A stretch of 64,000 bases of DNA, taken from Mytilus edulis. Its lineage: Eukaryota. This document shows, one piece after another, positions 1 to 15,200 of this stretch. The stretch lies in the NCBI RefSeq assembly GCF_963676685.1, contig NC_092353.1, positions 5,146,001 to 5,210,000 on the forward strand. The letters are read 5' to 3'. The notes under the pieces were generated by a model, which saw only the letters and a list, made by a program, of their open reading frames with translations, ran no database searches and was not told the DNA's origin. Positions within the stretch are counted from its first letter, which is position 1; each line of letters starts with the position of its first letter. Both the position numbers and the translations under genes were made by a program.

Positions 1-459
1 TATTGTTTTGAGATAAATAGCTGTCAATTTAATATTATAAGTTATTATTAATTAATATCAATTTTAGTCATGCTTATATGTATGTCATTTTCTATTTTAA
101 GACTTTTATGATGTATTTAAATGGGCAATTATAAAATATTATACCATATCTTGAGAAAAGGTTATTTTTTGGGAAAAAAGGAAAAGGGGGAGGGAAATAA
201 GAAATTGTAAGGTGTCCGTGGAGGGCATTTTCTTCTCATTTCAGATTTCAGAAATTAAAAAGAGTGTTGGTGGGATAAAAAGGTGGGTTTTTTGGGGGGT
301 AGGGGGGTCAATACTCAACAGCATAGTGTATTGCATAAAACAAAAAAATCAAAATAAATTCAAATCATTTAACCAATTCTAAGTTCTTTGACCACAGTAA
401 TTCTGTGACAAAAACCTACTATGTGTTAAATATTTGATTACAATCCAATTACAATCAGC

Positions 460-1170
460 TAAATATATCTTGGCATTACAATCTCTTCAGATCACAAATG
501 GAACAAACATATACAACAATCAGCAGCAAAAGCAAATCAATCTTAATCATTCGTCAGACGCAATCTAAAAATTAGTTCAAAATTAGCGAAGGAAAGAGCA
601 TATCAAACAAAAGTTAGACCAAAACTTGAGTACTGCTGTACAGTTTGGGACCCACACACATCAGAAAATATATACAGACTGGAACAAGTGCAAAGAAGAG
701 CTGCACGATATACTTGCAACAGATTTCATAACACAAGCAGTGTATCTGATATGCTTCAAAATCTGAAATAGCAAACCCTACAAGAACGAAGGCTTAAAAC
801 CAGATTACAAATGTTCCACAAAGTAATAAATAACAAAATTGCAATACCATCTCAAGATATTCTCATAAAAAGCCAGTCCAAAACAAGATCTACTCATCAA
901 TTAACATTCAGACAGCTCCAATGCAATAAATAAAATTGAGAATGGAAATGGGGAATGTGCCAAAGAGACAGCAACCCGACCATAGAAAAAAAACAACAGC
1001 AGAAGGTCACCAACAGGTCTTCAGTGTAGCGAGAAATTCCCGCACCCGGAGGCGTCCTTCAATATTAAATTCTCATTCTTCAGCCAAACAATCAAAGACT
1101 GGAATAAATTACCACCTGAAATTTTAAACAAAACTTCTACAGACAACTTTAAGGATGCACTTACCCATGA
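460..1170 (+). mobile_element. Degraded non-LTR retrotransposon (CR1/L2-like) ORF2 3' end, interrupted by a short repeat at ~933-1061
   Basis: Manual translation gives LGITISSD.KWNKHI...KANQ...RRNL...AYQTKVRPKLEYCCTVWDPH...LEQVQRRAARY...TLQERR...LQMFHK, and later KDWNKLP. This is the typical post-RT C-terminus of CR1/L2-type LINEs. It contains in-frame stops. Confidence 0.8.
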
Positions 1171-3292
1171 AGTACTCCTTAAAACCTTTTCTCACTTAAA
1201 CTAAATGTACCTATTGTTTTTATCTTAATTTAAAAAATAAAATAAAAAATGTAAAAATTAAAAGTTCAATAAAAATTGTAAAGCTTAAAAATAAAAGAAA
1301 AATGAAATTAATTTTAAAAAGCAACCTCAATCAGGCATGCGCCAGAAAGTAATCTTCAAAATGTTGATGGTTTTCTGTAACTAAAGAAGAAGATATTCAT
1401 GCGCGAATATTGTGTCCAATTTTGCCCCAACTGTTTAGGGTTGGACCTCTGTGGTCGTATCCAGCTGCGCTCAGCGAAGCAATTCATTTTTATATTGAAA
1501 TTAATAGTCACTACAAGCACAGACATGGCGAACGAGCTGTGATATATTAACATAGTAAGATGGCGCAAAACAATCGGTCCAAAAACGGAAAAAAATGCAA
1601 TCAGAGTTTTCAGGTCAAACGAGCATTTAATTAAATAGGAAATCTGTTGTTTGATAAGATTGTTTGGAAGTGTAGTGTTGCGAGTTTAATAGTCAAAACT
1701 CAGCAGAATCAAACAGACTTCCAAAAGCACGTAATTAAATTATCTAAAACATCAAAAGAATTTTATTACACATCACTGAACAATACTTAATTTTCACTAT
1801 TTTCATATGTTAAGGTATATTACAAAAGTTGTTGATAAGCTCCAGCTTGATAGTAGCTAGTTATAGAATTCGATAAACTGAGCACTGACAGATAAGTTGC
1901 AGAACTGCGTAATTATGAAAAAATGTAGAACATAGAACTTTTCTTTTTATCTCTATGGGGCGAATCCAGCCATTTTAAAAGGGGGTTCCAAACTTTGGAA
2001 AATATCCCAACTTTATATCCCTGTTTTAATGTGTTCAGATCGTCAAAGAAAAAGGCCCGGTGGTCCAACCTCCGGAACCATGCCCTGGGTCCGCCACTGA
2101 AACATTGGAAGTATAGTACGGAAAAACTGACATGATACACATGATCAACGTGATAATGTGATGTTGAAGTATTAAATGTTTTAGAAGTTTAATATTGTCA
2201 TTGTCGATTTTTCTGAATTTTATCTTGAAATCTATTATAATAAAATAAGAGAAACATAAAACAGCAAAGGCAAGGTCAGCAACATACACAAAGTAAACTG
2301 AAAAAATTTAAATAATATAAACTGAGCACGAATGCAACATGTCCGGCTTTTTAATTATATACAATATTTTCTAAAAAGGCATTTTTTATAATTAATATAT
2401 CCGAATGTATATAAGCTTCAGGTTTTTATGTGTTAGTTTTTTTTAATGTATTCAGTTTTCTTTCTTTAAAGAAATTGTATATTTAAGGTTGGTATAAATC
2501 AGAAACTTATAATGAGATAATCAATTTAAATATCTTTATAATTTAGGAAGTTTAACATGTTTAAAATGATTGATATTCAAAAACTTAAACATGTTAAACG
2601 TAATTTGCCAAAAAAAATTAGAATACTAAATTGACATCCATGCAAGTGAAACGCCAGAAGTCTCAACGGAATAAACAAATAATTTTTTATTGAAGTCAGG
2701 TTTTTTTTATTTTTTTTTTATTAAATTTTTTATCTTTTTTATTATAAAATATTTTTTTTTGCTGTTCTGTTATATGTTTTATGTTTTTGTTTCGTTGCTC
2801 AGTATCTGTGCATTGGAGTAGAATCCATATTTTAGTTTGTCTATTACGGAAACACATTAACATTCAAAGTGTTTATTGTATAATTAATTAGAAGTTCCTA
2901 CTGTGTGTCTATAAAATAAACTTGTGAATGAAAATGGCTAAAAATAATTACTATGTCACAATTTGTGGAACGATGTGTCATCCTCCCCCGCAGTAGCTGG
3001 TTTATTGATTATTGATCAATAAAAATGTTAATACGCAAACAGTGTCGGGATTTTAAACGATTGTGGGATTATCAACAAAGAATTTGTGTATTTCACTTTT
3101 AATATACATGTATATGTTGTTATGACGTAATTGTGCTGTCACATTACAGGTGTAATTTACCCAAAACGAGGCATGCAATACACAGCATGGGGAAGGAGTT
3201 TAATTAGTAGGTACCCGGTCATTTGGAAAACGTAATACACAGTGAAAATGATTGTGTATCGGACATAAGAAGTGACAGTTTGTTTACATAAA

Positions 3293-6200
3293 ATGGCTTC
3301 GAGTTCGGTCAGCCAGGAAAGCCTGGACACAGTCGACTATGAACAGAGTGCACGAAAAAGTAAAATCCGGTCTCTGCGGGCGAAAGGTGTACTTCCACGA
3401 AGCAGTGAAAGAGAAGCCGATCCAAACGATAAGGAGAATGGAGATGAAGGTTTTAGTGGTGAACACGAATCTCCCTCTCGTGGAGGGGTGGGCCGGGCAA
3501 AAGACAAAAGGACCAGACCCAGTCATTTGAAAGGAAAGATGGGTCTAAAAGACAAAAGGAAATTACGTGAAAAGAGAAGAAGTACAGGTGTTGTACACCT
3601 CCAATCAACAGAGGTAAGGTTACAGGTATGATCCAACATTTGAAGTTAGGGTAGGTGGGGTGCAAACATAAACATTTCGTTGACCCTGTTATTGCTCGGA
3701 TATTTTTTCTGTTCTTGGGGGGGGGGGGGGGGGGGGGGGGCATTTTGATACAGATCAAACCAATATTGTGATTCCGAATCTCCTTAGGCACTCTGGTGAT
3801 GACCATGTTCCTAAATACAGAAAATGAGGACGAAAATGGTAAAGGTATTTTCATGAATTTCTTAGTTAATTTACCTGATTTTCAATTTTCAGCTCACAGA
3901 TTAAAGGCTGAACCAGGGTGGGATGGGGTTGGGACCTATGCCCCCCCCCCTTGCATTGGAAAAATTTGGTTGCTTATATAGGGAATCACTGAAGCATGAT
4001 TGTAATGGCCTCCTATTTATAAAAATGTTCTTGATCTGCCACAGCAGATGTTTGATATTAAATGATGTGTAGTTACAGGGAAAATATACATGATATATAT
4101 GTAGGACTCTAAAGTGCGATGGGGACGCTAAAGTACGATGGTCACGCTGCGATGGTCTACGCTAAAGTGCTATGCCTCCATACGCTAAAGTTCGATGGTC
4201 CGCGAAAGTATAGACGTAAGAATTGTACTTGGATTATGACGTTAACAGTTATTTATACAAATCAAAAATGAATATGCCGGAAGATAAATTAAGAATATTT
4301 GATTGACAACTGTTAAACCAAATGTCCATGACTTAATTTCAGACCTAATCGTGCTTCGTCGGCTGAAGCAACTATGTTTATTTATTTCGGATGCTGGAAG
4401 AAGACCGTGTGTCCTGTAGTCGACCATTTTACTATATAGATAAAAATAGAATTACGCATAGGTATCGTGTATCCTGCTTCTATTGGTAGAAAACAGTCCC
4501 AGTTAAAATAATATCGATTTTATTGAAAAAAAACGTCAGTAAAATAAAGGTTAGTGCTTTTAAGCGTAAATTATAAATTGTCGGCTAAAACATAGTTTGT
4601 ACAGTGTAGGAAAATATAACATGTATTTTTCACGGAAAATGAGAAAGCTTGACGAATATCGCGTTTTCTCGCATTTTAGATTAAAGCTTAATGCCTTATA
4701 CAAATGTTACTTATTCTGACAATGTGGTCGATCTTCTGAATTTAGAAACTATCACTTAAGCCTACCGGTAAATCATTAAGTCATCACATATGTTATACCT
4801 TAACATACCGGATTAGTTACAACACTAGCAACACGACTGGTGCCACATGTGGTGCAGGATCTGCTTAACCTTCTGGAGCACCTGAGATTACCCCCAGTTT
4901 TTGATGGGGTTCGTGTTACTTATTCTTTAGTTTTCTATATTGTGTCATGTGTACTATTGTTTTTCTGTTTGTCTTTTTAATTTTTAGCCATGTTGTTGTC
5001 AGTTTATTTTCGATTTATAAGTTTGACTGTCCCTCTGGTATCTTTCTTCCGTCTTTTAGCATACTAGCTTTTGCAAAAAGACTTTCTTTTTTTATCCATG
5101 TACATTTTAAGCTGTCGAACCTTATCATATTGGTCCATCGCACTTAAGCGTGATATACCATTGTACTTTAGCAAACAAACAACCATCGCACTTTAGTGTA
5201 ATACACCATCATACTTTAGCATAGACCATCGCACTTTAGCGTGACCATTGCACTTTAGAGTCCTACATATATATGGCCACTTTTGGTCTTTTTTGTGGTC
5301 AACTGACCGTATGAAAACTCTTGCTGTAGATGGACCTGTCACTTCTGTTTGGTTTCATACAATGTATAAATATGAAGCCATGATTGGTCAGAAGGGGGCA
5401 TAAAATTTGATGATTCGAGTAGAGGCTGTGCCACTTTCTCTGCACTTTAAGAACCCTTACAGGAACTATTCAAATAGTTTGTAGGCATGGTAGGTAGATT
5501 GTTGCACCTGCTTAATTTCTATCTCTATCTAACATGCCTAGGTCCGAGACCACAATTATTTTGTAGTGCATTTCTTTTAGAACATAAATGGAAATAAAAA
5601 AAATCCCACCTGCGCTTTCTCAAGGAAACTTTTACAGTGTGTTGTACTACTTTTGGGACAAATTATATCAAAATTATAGAAAACTTCATCGTCTCTAACT
5701 CAAAATATGGACAATTTTATGTTAAGGGCGTCTTGAAATCTTTTGACAGCTTCCGAAGTGCTAATTTTCAACCTTTTTCAGCTGGACCAAATCACTACTT
5801 TCCTTTAAAATTCTGGACCCAATTTTTTTTACAGTGTAATTTCACCCCCCTACTTGCAATTTGAGGCATTAAACATGGAGAAATAAATTTGGAAGGGGTA
5901 TAAAAATTAATGGCAAGTAACCCACTGTCAACACTAGGGACTATATTTGTGAACAACGAAAATCAAGAACAACGAAAATCAAGGGACAACAATGGTGGTA
6001 TCGGACCAATATACCATCAAAATCTACTGGCAGTCCAAATTCCCTACACTTAATTCTTATATAACATGCATGAAATATTTGCTACTGAACACTTAGCAAA
6101 CAGTAACCATTCAACCTACAATGACCTACTTTTGACCTAATTTCAGTCTTTGGCTTTGGTCCTAATTCTCTGCATTCTGATTTTGTAATTGTTAATTTTT

Positions 6201-9200
6201 GTAGCTGATGTTTGGTTGTCTTGTATAATTTTAAAAGTACATATCACTTGACAGAGATATCTGAAACTTGTTTATAATAATAATTTTTAAAAACATACAG
6301 ATGTCATGGATGTAGATGTTTAAATATGTGTTTGCAATTTGTTCCATAGTCATGATAGTCCTGATAGTAATACTCAAGCCTAACCAAAATATTTTGTAAT
6401 TTATTTAAAAAAAAATGTATTTGGCCTGCATGGCCTGACAAAATTGTTTTCAGACATGTCAGAGAGGGGCCTTAAATTTTGTTCGTTATTATGTCATAAA
6501 GCAGCCTCTATGAGTATACAACATTTTCAGATCATCCATTATTGAATATAATACTGATGCATTGCCTACATTGTTACTCTTGGGAAATGAATTCTTATTA
6601 GAATTGATGGACATTTATTGTCCTATTGATATAATAATTAGGGTTCTTTGATCATAGAACAATGTAGAATGTACCATTAATTGAGTTACAGATCTATGCT
6701 AATTTGAATTCTTTTTACATGCTGTAAGGACCAGAATTTTGATGAGGGGGGGCCAGACATGCATAGTCTCAGAATTTGGTCAAACTTGTATACAGAATCT
6801 ATTACCACCCTACAATAACTTAAACATTAAAAAAAAATCATAGTTTCAGTATGGATGCCATAGTAACCACTCATGCTTATTTTCGTCCATTTTACATGGA
6901 AAAACCCCTTTTTTTGACATTTTCTGTAATACAATTCTCATTATGCATAACTGATAGGGCTGCGAGTAACAAAGAAAACATGAACTTAATAAAGTTTAAT
7001 CATGACATAAATACATTTATTGGTAAGTTTCGATATTTCCTTACTATAAAAAAAATATAGAAGATCACCCCCCTTTTTCATTTTTTTGAAATGTCAAATT
7101 TTGAATGGATTTCTAAGGCTATAATTTATAAAAATGCACCAAATCAGTGATAAAGTTATTACTCTTTTTAAAGAACATTATTATTATGCTGTCCAAAATA
7201 AAAAAAAAAAATAGTGGGGTAAGAAGTATTTATAGTTAAACATGAACCCCAAAAAGCCCCCACCCAGTTGCAAATTTTCTGCATTTGACACATATCAACG
7301 TAATGTTTTTTTTTCTCAATTTTTGACATTCGATTATTAACCAAAATGTTCAAAAAGAAGTCAAATTAATCAGTATGTTTCCCATTCCCCTAAACTTGCA
7401 TATGGATGGACATTGGTACACAGTTATTATTAACCAGGAAAAATATACTCAGTTTGACATTGCTTATGCTTTACCTGCTATGTTTTATTTGTTATGTGAT
7501 TGTTTTTACAGAGCACTGATGATACACTAGATGATGAGGATATAGTGGAAGAGGGAACTGAACTGAAAACTGTATCAGAAACAAAACAAAATACTTCATA
7601 TAATGAGGCTTTCTCAGTTGAGGGAAGACGACACAGGACCAATGATGTGGCTCGTAAGGCAGCATTGTACAATGAAAGAGTAGATGATAATCAGCCTCAA
7701 TCTCCTTCTGATGTAAGTTTTTTGGAGATTGTTATCATGGTTATTAGATTTAAGTGCCAATGACATGAATGAGACAACTCTCCATCCAGTATTGTCTAAG
7801 TCATAATATAATTTAAAATTATAGCATTTATGCAAATTCCTGTCCTTATTTTATACTTACTTTGTAATTAAATTATTATCTCCCTTTTGCACTATGTTGA
7901 CCATGATTGACAGCAAACTATATACATTAAAATAAGGAGATGTGGAATGTCAGTGCCAATGAGACAACTATCTATCCAAGTCACACTGTGTAAAAAAGTA
8001 AACAGTTATAGGCCAAAGTACAACTACAACATGGAGCGATGGCTCATGTGGAACAACGTTGTACACTTTGTATCTATTCTGGATGAAATTATAACACATA
8101 TGCATGATTATTTTGCTCAAGGTTAATATGACCGGTATTCAGTTTTAAAGAGATGAAAAGGGCATACAAAACATTAATGGGAACAAAGTCTAAAAATCCA
8201 AATTAAACTTGTTATTGTACTGATGCTGCTGAAGTTCAGTATCCAAAATTCATGGCACAATGAACATGACGGAGGAAGGTCATCAAATTGGTTTAACAGT
8301 ACATGTCAGAATATGAAAGCATTTGCAAAAAAATTAAGCATTTTGTATGTTGAAGCACATTTTAATAACTGATGGCAACTTATTATGGAGGCATGCAAAA
8401 TTAGAAGACTTTCGCAATGAAAATCAACTCAGAAAACCCTACTGAAATACTAGTGTAAAATATGACAACCCTTTAAATCCAAAAGTATCATATGCATGCT
8501 ATATATTATAATAATGATAAATGTATCAAAGAAATAATTACAAAACTGTTGACATGACCTTTTTTTCAATAAATATTTGTTGATGCCTTTAAATGTAAGT
8601 TATACTTTAAATAGCCCTAAATTGATGGATTTAAATATGTTAAACAAGTGTGACTAATACTATTATCTAAGTGAAACAACAGATGAAGGTGTGTTTACCT
8701 GTATCTGTCTACCTGTAATGAGCTAACCATTGAAAACTGTCCATATGTAAAACATGTTAAATGGTCATTGATAAAATCAGGTCACAAGTGTTAAATTATA
8801 AGTACATCTGGATCTTTAAGTAAAGGTTTTCATCACAAAACTGAATACAAGGCTGTCCTAGTCACTTATTGTGTCACATAGGGATATGTTTTTAGGGGTG
8901 AATAATTAACTCAAATGTATAACTTATTTGGTAGTAAAAAATTGAAAAATAAAATGTCCTGTAAGTTGCAAGTGAGGAGAGTTAATAATGAAAACATTCA
9001 TTTGTAATTGCTACCAAGGCAGATCCAGTCTTTTTCAAAGAGGGAGAATAGGGTGGTTCCAAACCCTCGAACACCATGAAATGTTCAGATAATTTAAAAA
9101 TAAAATAAATACTAAAATAAAATGGGAAGAAAGGAAGTGGAGGTTCTAACACCCTGAATATACCAAGGCAGATCCAGGGGGGAGGGCCCTGGGGAGCCCT

Positions 9201-12200
9201 GTCCACCACTTTTTGGGAAAAATTTGGTTGATTATATTGGAAATCACTGAAGCATGACTGGAGCGGGCCACCCCCCTTTCTCCCTTAGGTCAGTAAGTGC
9301 CCCCCTCATGAAAAGTTCTGGATCCACCTATTGACACCTCCTGGATCCACCATTGACTAGGCCAACCTTAAAAATATGTTTGTTTGCAGTTTTCCGACTG
9401 TACCTTCAGACTGAAGGGTCGGTAGGTAGGAAAAATATTTTATTTTATCAGCCAAAATACAGTTTAAACAAGCAGTTACACTAAACCAAGTTTCTTGTGA
9501 AGAAAAAAAAACATTTTAAAACAACAAACACTGGACATGCTGAAAACCAACATCAAATGAACAGGCATTTTCAGATAAAAAACTTTTTAACCAAAACTGA
9601 AACTTTAACATAGTGTCATTATCCAATTTATGACATAAAATATGGTATAATTATTAAATACTGGAACACTTATAAACAAGGAATGTCATTATGACTAGAA
9701 CTGTTTTAAAGAAATATATTCAGACATGTATGCTTCTTGACTAGAATGTTTTCATGAGTAGAGTTTTTTCATCAGAAAAATGTAGATATTAAAGATTTAT
9801 AAAACAATGTATTAAAGAGTGTATTTTTAATAAAAAAAAAATAACCATTGAATCTTCCTCAATTGAAAAAAAGGCAACTTGAAAAAAAGTATTAAGACAT
9901 TCGACTGTTTTCATATTTCTAACAATATTTAATTATATGTGATAAGGTTATATTTTTGCCAGGCTTTAATGAAAACCAAAGAAATCTAAAGTTTGGGGTG
10001 AAATCCATAGCACCCCATTAAAAGTAAATGGTCTGTACTGAAATGTTTTTAATGCATAAAAAAAATTGGCAGCATAGCTCCTAAGTACATGTTTTAATTG
10101 AATTCACACAGGCCACACAGTTTGGGTATATTTAATATTGTAAGAAAGAGAATAATTGCAATGAGTGGGCCAGCCCCCCCCCCCCCCCCCCCCCCCCTTA
10201 TCCTATAGGAGCATACTCATTGCAATCGAAGATAGATTTAATATAGAGAGAGTATATTTATTTTTCAAGCTAACCATTCATTTTCTCTACATCTTTGTGT
10301 AGTTAAGGTTGCTTCTTATTGATTTGGCATGATCTATATCCATTAACATTTCAAATGAGCCCTTCCTCCGTACAGGCGTGTTTACAGATATCCATGAAGA
10401 TGTAAGTCACGGAGGAGTGGTTTCATCTTTGTCGTCTTCACAACGATTTGTAGAAAATATGCCATACTTCAAGCTGCTGTCGAATTATTTAACCACTGAA
10501 ATTGGTTCCATAAAGTCAGGCTCCACAGATTCTGTACCCGATTTGTTTGAGACAGAATGGTTATTGTGTCAGTTATGAATATCCGCTGCATCATCGTCAA
10601 TGATATCATCACACATCATTACATGTGCCTGAATCTGTATAAACAGTTTACTAATAAACTTTTTTGTTTTTTATTTGTCTTAAAATTGACACGAGACGAC
10701 AGCGTAAAGTACTCCTCCGTGACTTCATGGATACCTGTAAACAATTTCCATGTGCTTTATCATTAAATGGTCACATGAACGCTTGACGGGAAGCTAAGAA
10801 AAACCGAACTTGAAATGCGTAATTGACCCAGACTTTAAATCATTTCCGGAAAGGACCCAAAGTTCCGGATTGCGTCAATAGAAGTTTTAAAAAAAAATTC
10901 TTCAAATTTAAAGCAATAAAATTTTCACAGTCGGGAGGATTTTCAAGGGTCGGTCGGTAAACTGCAAACAAACAATATTTTAATTTAAGCCCTATATCAT
11001 GTATAATTTTCCTTCTATCTGAACTGACTGATTGTTATTTAATCATTGGAGCTGGCCTTGCTATGAGTATTATTGGATCAGTTAACTATCTCAAATGGGC
11101 CAGTCATTGGGTAAGGATCTTCTCATAATAACCCAAGACAACATTGTAAACTGAGGTGAAGCCAATGTAAATAATGTCTTTTAAATGGGAACAATCTGCT
11201 TTATCCCCTATGACTGTTTTAATTTTTCTGTCATTATTGTCTCTTAAAATTTTATATTGAAAGATAAATAAAATAAGATTTCAAGTACCTAACACTGGCA
11301 AATACAGTCATTAGAAAAGGAACTAAAGTGAAGAAAACAATCTTCATGATCTTTGAATAAGGTTTACACTGGAGCATTATGTCTTTAAAGTTAAATCTGG
11401 CATTTTTATGTGAAGCATACCAGAATAGCTGCAGCCAGGAATTAAAATATTTATGCTGATTATTTAAACTGGTCTTTGGGATTCATTTATTTTTGTAGGT
11501 TCCAATTTTCTTGGTTTGAGGAAAACTTGCATATAGGTGGATATTTAGTTTCGCGGTTTTTGCTTTCATGGTTTTTTGCCAAGTCTGCACACATTCCATA
11601 ACAAAATTGTTATTTGTAGAACATTTGCATTGTGGTTCCCCTGTACCAATGAAATCAAAGAAAATTTGGTATACAACAAATATTTATGAATGCACAGTAT
11701 TTCCATGATTTCAGTACCTGATTTCAGTTTTGTCACATAGACAGACTACACTAACATCAATTTATTATAATGTTGAGCATGTTGAGTAAAATTAGATTCA
11801 GATATTTGAATGTATGCCATATTTTAATATATGAACTTGTTTTTACAGAGATTTAGTGGCAGAAGTGCATATAATGCGGTCAGAAATAAGAGGTATAGTT
11901 TCTTTACTGAAGAATTCTTATTGTTATTTTAAGTTTGACTCGTAAGATGTGACTGCCACTGGCTATGTAGTCAATTTAATTTATACGGCAACATGACCTG
12001 ATTACACACACAAGTGACTAATGCAAATTATTTAAAAGATATTTCTAAGACAATATAAAATGTGACACAATTTTTACTGGATGAACATCTTCTTGAAGAA
12101 GTACACTATGATCTACTTGAAAGAAGAACACTGTGATCTACTTGAAAGAAGAACACTGTGTTCTACCTGAAAGAAGAACACTGTGATCTACTTGAAAGTA

Positions 12201-15200
12201 CTCGAAAGAAGAACACTGGGATCTACTCGAAAGAAGTACACTCTGATCTACTCGAAAGAAGTACACTGTGATCTACTCGAAAGAAGAACACTGTGATCTA
12301 CTCGAAAGAAAAACACTGTGATCTACTTGAAAGAAGAACACTGTGATCTACTTGAAAGAATGAACTGTGTTCTACTTGAAAGAAGAACACTGTGTTCTAC
12401 CTGAAAGAAGTACACTGTGTTCTACTTGAAAGTACTCGAAAGAAGAACACTGGGATCTACTCGAAAGAAGTACACTCTGATCTACTTGAAAGAAGTACAC
12501 TGTGATCTACTCGAAAGAAGAACACTGTGATCTACTCGAAAGAAGGACACTGTGATCTACTGGAAAGAAGAACACTGTGATCTACTGGAAAGATCTACAC
12601 TGTGATCTACTCGAAAGAAGTACACTGTGATCTACTGGAAAGAAGAACACTGTGATCTACTGGAAAGAAGTACACTGTGATCTACTCGAAAGAAGTACAC
12701 TCTGGTCTACTGGAAAGAAGAACACTGTGATCTACTCGAAAGAAGAACACTCTGATCTTCTCTAAAGAAGAACACTCTGATCTACTCGAAAGAAGAACAC
12801 TCTGATCTACTCGAAAGAAGAACACTCTGATCTACTCGAAAGAAGAACACTCTGATCTACTCGAAAGAAGTATACTCTGATCTACTCGAAAGAAGAACAC
12901 TCTGATCTACTCAAAAGAAGAACACTCTGATCTACTTGAAAGAAGAACACTGTGATCTACTTGAAAGAAGAACACTGTGATCTACTTGAAAGAAGTACAC
13001 TGTGTTCTACTTGAAAGAATGAACTGTGTTCTACTTGAAAGAAGAACACTGGGATCTACACGAAAGAAGTACACTCTGATCTACTCGAAAGAAGAACACT
13101 GTGATCTACTCGAAAGACGAACACTGTGATCTACTTGAAAGAAGAACACTGTGATCTACTTGAAAGAAGTACACTGTGTTCTACTTGAAAGAAGAACACT
13201 GTGTTCTACATGAAAGAAGTACACTGTGTTCTACTTGAAAGTACTCGAAAGAAGAACACTTGGATCTACTCGAAAGAAGTACACTCTGATCTACTCGAAA
13301 GAAGTACACTGTGATCTACTCGAAAGAAGAACACTATGATCTACTCTAAAGAAGAACACTGGGATCTACTCGAAAGAAGTACACTCTGATCTACTTGAAA
13401 GAAGTACACTGTGATCTACTTGAAAGAAGAACAATGTGATCTACTCGAAAGAAGTACACTGTGATCTACTCGAAAGAAGAACACTGTGATCTACTGGAAA
13501 GAAGAACACTGTGATCTACTGGAAAGAAGTACACTGTGATCTACTGGAAAGAATTACACTGTGGTCTACTGGAAAGAAGAACACTGTGATCTACTCGAAA
13601 GGAGTAGACTGTGATCTAATGGAAAGAAGTACACTGTGGTTTACTCGAAAGAAGTACATTGGGGTCTACTCGAAAGAAGAACACTCTGATCTTCTCTAAA
13701 GAAGAACACTCTGATCTACTCGAAAGAAGAACACTCTGATCTTCTCGAAAGAAGAACACTCTGATCTACTCGAAAGAAGTATACTCTGATCTACTCGAAA
13801 GAAGAACACTGTTTTACCTGAAAGAAGAACACTGGGATCTACACGAAAGAAGTACACTCTGATCTACTCGAAAGAAGAATGATCTTCCTTGAAAAAAGAT
13901 CATAGTGTACTTCTTTCGAGTAGATCAGAGTGTACTTCTTTCCAGTAGATCACAGTGTCCTTCTTTCCAGTAGATCACAGTGTCCTTCTTTCCAGTAGAT
14001 CACAGTGTCCTTCTTTCCAGTAGATCACAGTGTCCTTCTTTCCAGTAGATGACAGTGTCCTTCTTTCCAGTAGATGACAGTGTCCTTCTTTCCAGTAGAT
14101 GACAGTGTCCTTCTTTCCAGTAGATGACAGTGTCCTTCTTTCCAGTAGATGACAGTGTCCTTCTTTCCAGTAGATGACAGTGTCCTTCTTTCAAGTAGAT
14201 GACAGTGTCCTTCTTTCAAGTAGATCACAGTGTCCTTCTTTCAAGTAGATCACAGTGTCCTTCTTTCAAGTAGATCACAGTGTCCTTCTTTCAAGTAGAT
14301 CACAGTGTCCTTCTTTCAAGTAGATCACAGTGTCCTTCTTTCAAGTAGATCACAGTGTCCTTCTTTCAAGTAGATCACCGTGTCCTTCTTTCAAGTAGAT
14401 CACCGTGTCCTTCTTTCAAGTAGATCACCGTGTCCTTCTTTCAAGTAGATCACCGTGTCCTTCTTTCAAGTAGATCACCGTGTCCTTCTTTCAAGTAGAT
14501 CACAGTGTACTTCTTTCAAGTAAATCACTGTGTTCTTCTTTCAAGTAGATCACCGTGTACTTCTTTCTAGTAGATCACAGTGTACTTCTTTCAAGTAGAT
14601 CAAAGTAGATCACAGTGTTCTTCTTTCAAGTAGATCACAGTGTACTTCTTTCAAGTAGATCACAGTGTACGTCTTTCAAGTGAAGAACACTGTATTCTAC
14701 TTTAAAGAAGTACACTTTGATCTACTTGTTTTAAAAGTTTCATTTATACACATGAGAATAAATTAACACTAGGTCAAGGGACTGATAGAGCGTTTTACAC
14801 TTGGCCATGACCATGAGGACTTTGGTCAACTGTCTGATGAAGAATATAATAAATATTATAGTTTATATGTTTTCAATATGGTTCAGAAAATAACATTTGT
14901 TCAGCAGTCTAATAAAGATTTTTAGCCATGCAAACATTAGAATAGTTGATACATGTACTATAACAAACAATAGCTTTTCATAAAGAAAAAATGAAATATA
15001 AGTAAAAAAGCATACAGCTTCATCATTAGACTTCAACACTATGCTCAAATAATAATTCCATTGTTCAATAAAGTAAATCAATTATCAACATCCTTATATT
15101 AAGTTATCAGCCCTGAATCTAAATGTATTGTATGATACCCGTAGTTTTATCTTTCTGTTCTCAAGACCTTGTTGCAGATCCATGATATTTTTGTATTAAA

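Noticed and set aside
13511-14228. Repetitive ORFs in the 25-bp array (also 22607-22865 and 55233-55545)
   Set aside because: Translations of tandem repeats, with no evidence of coding function.
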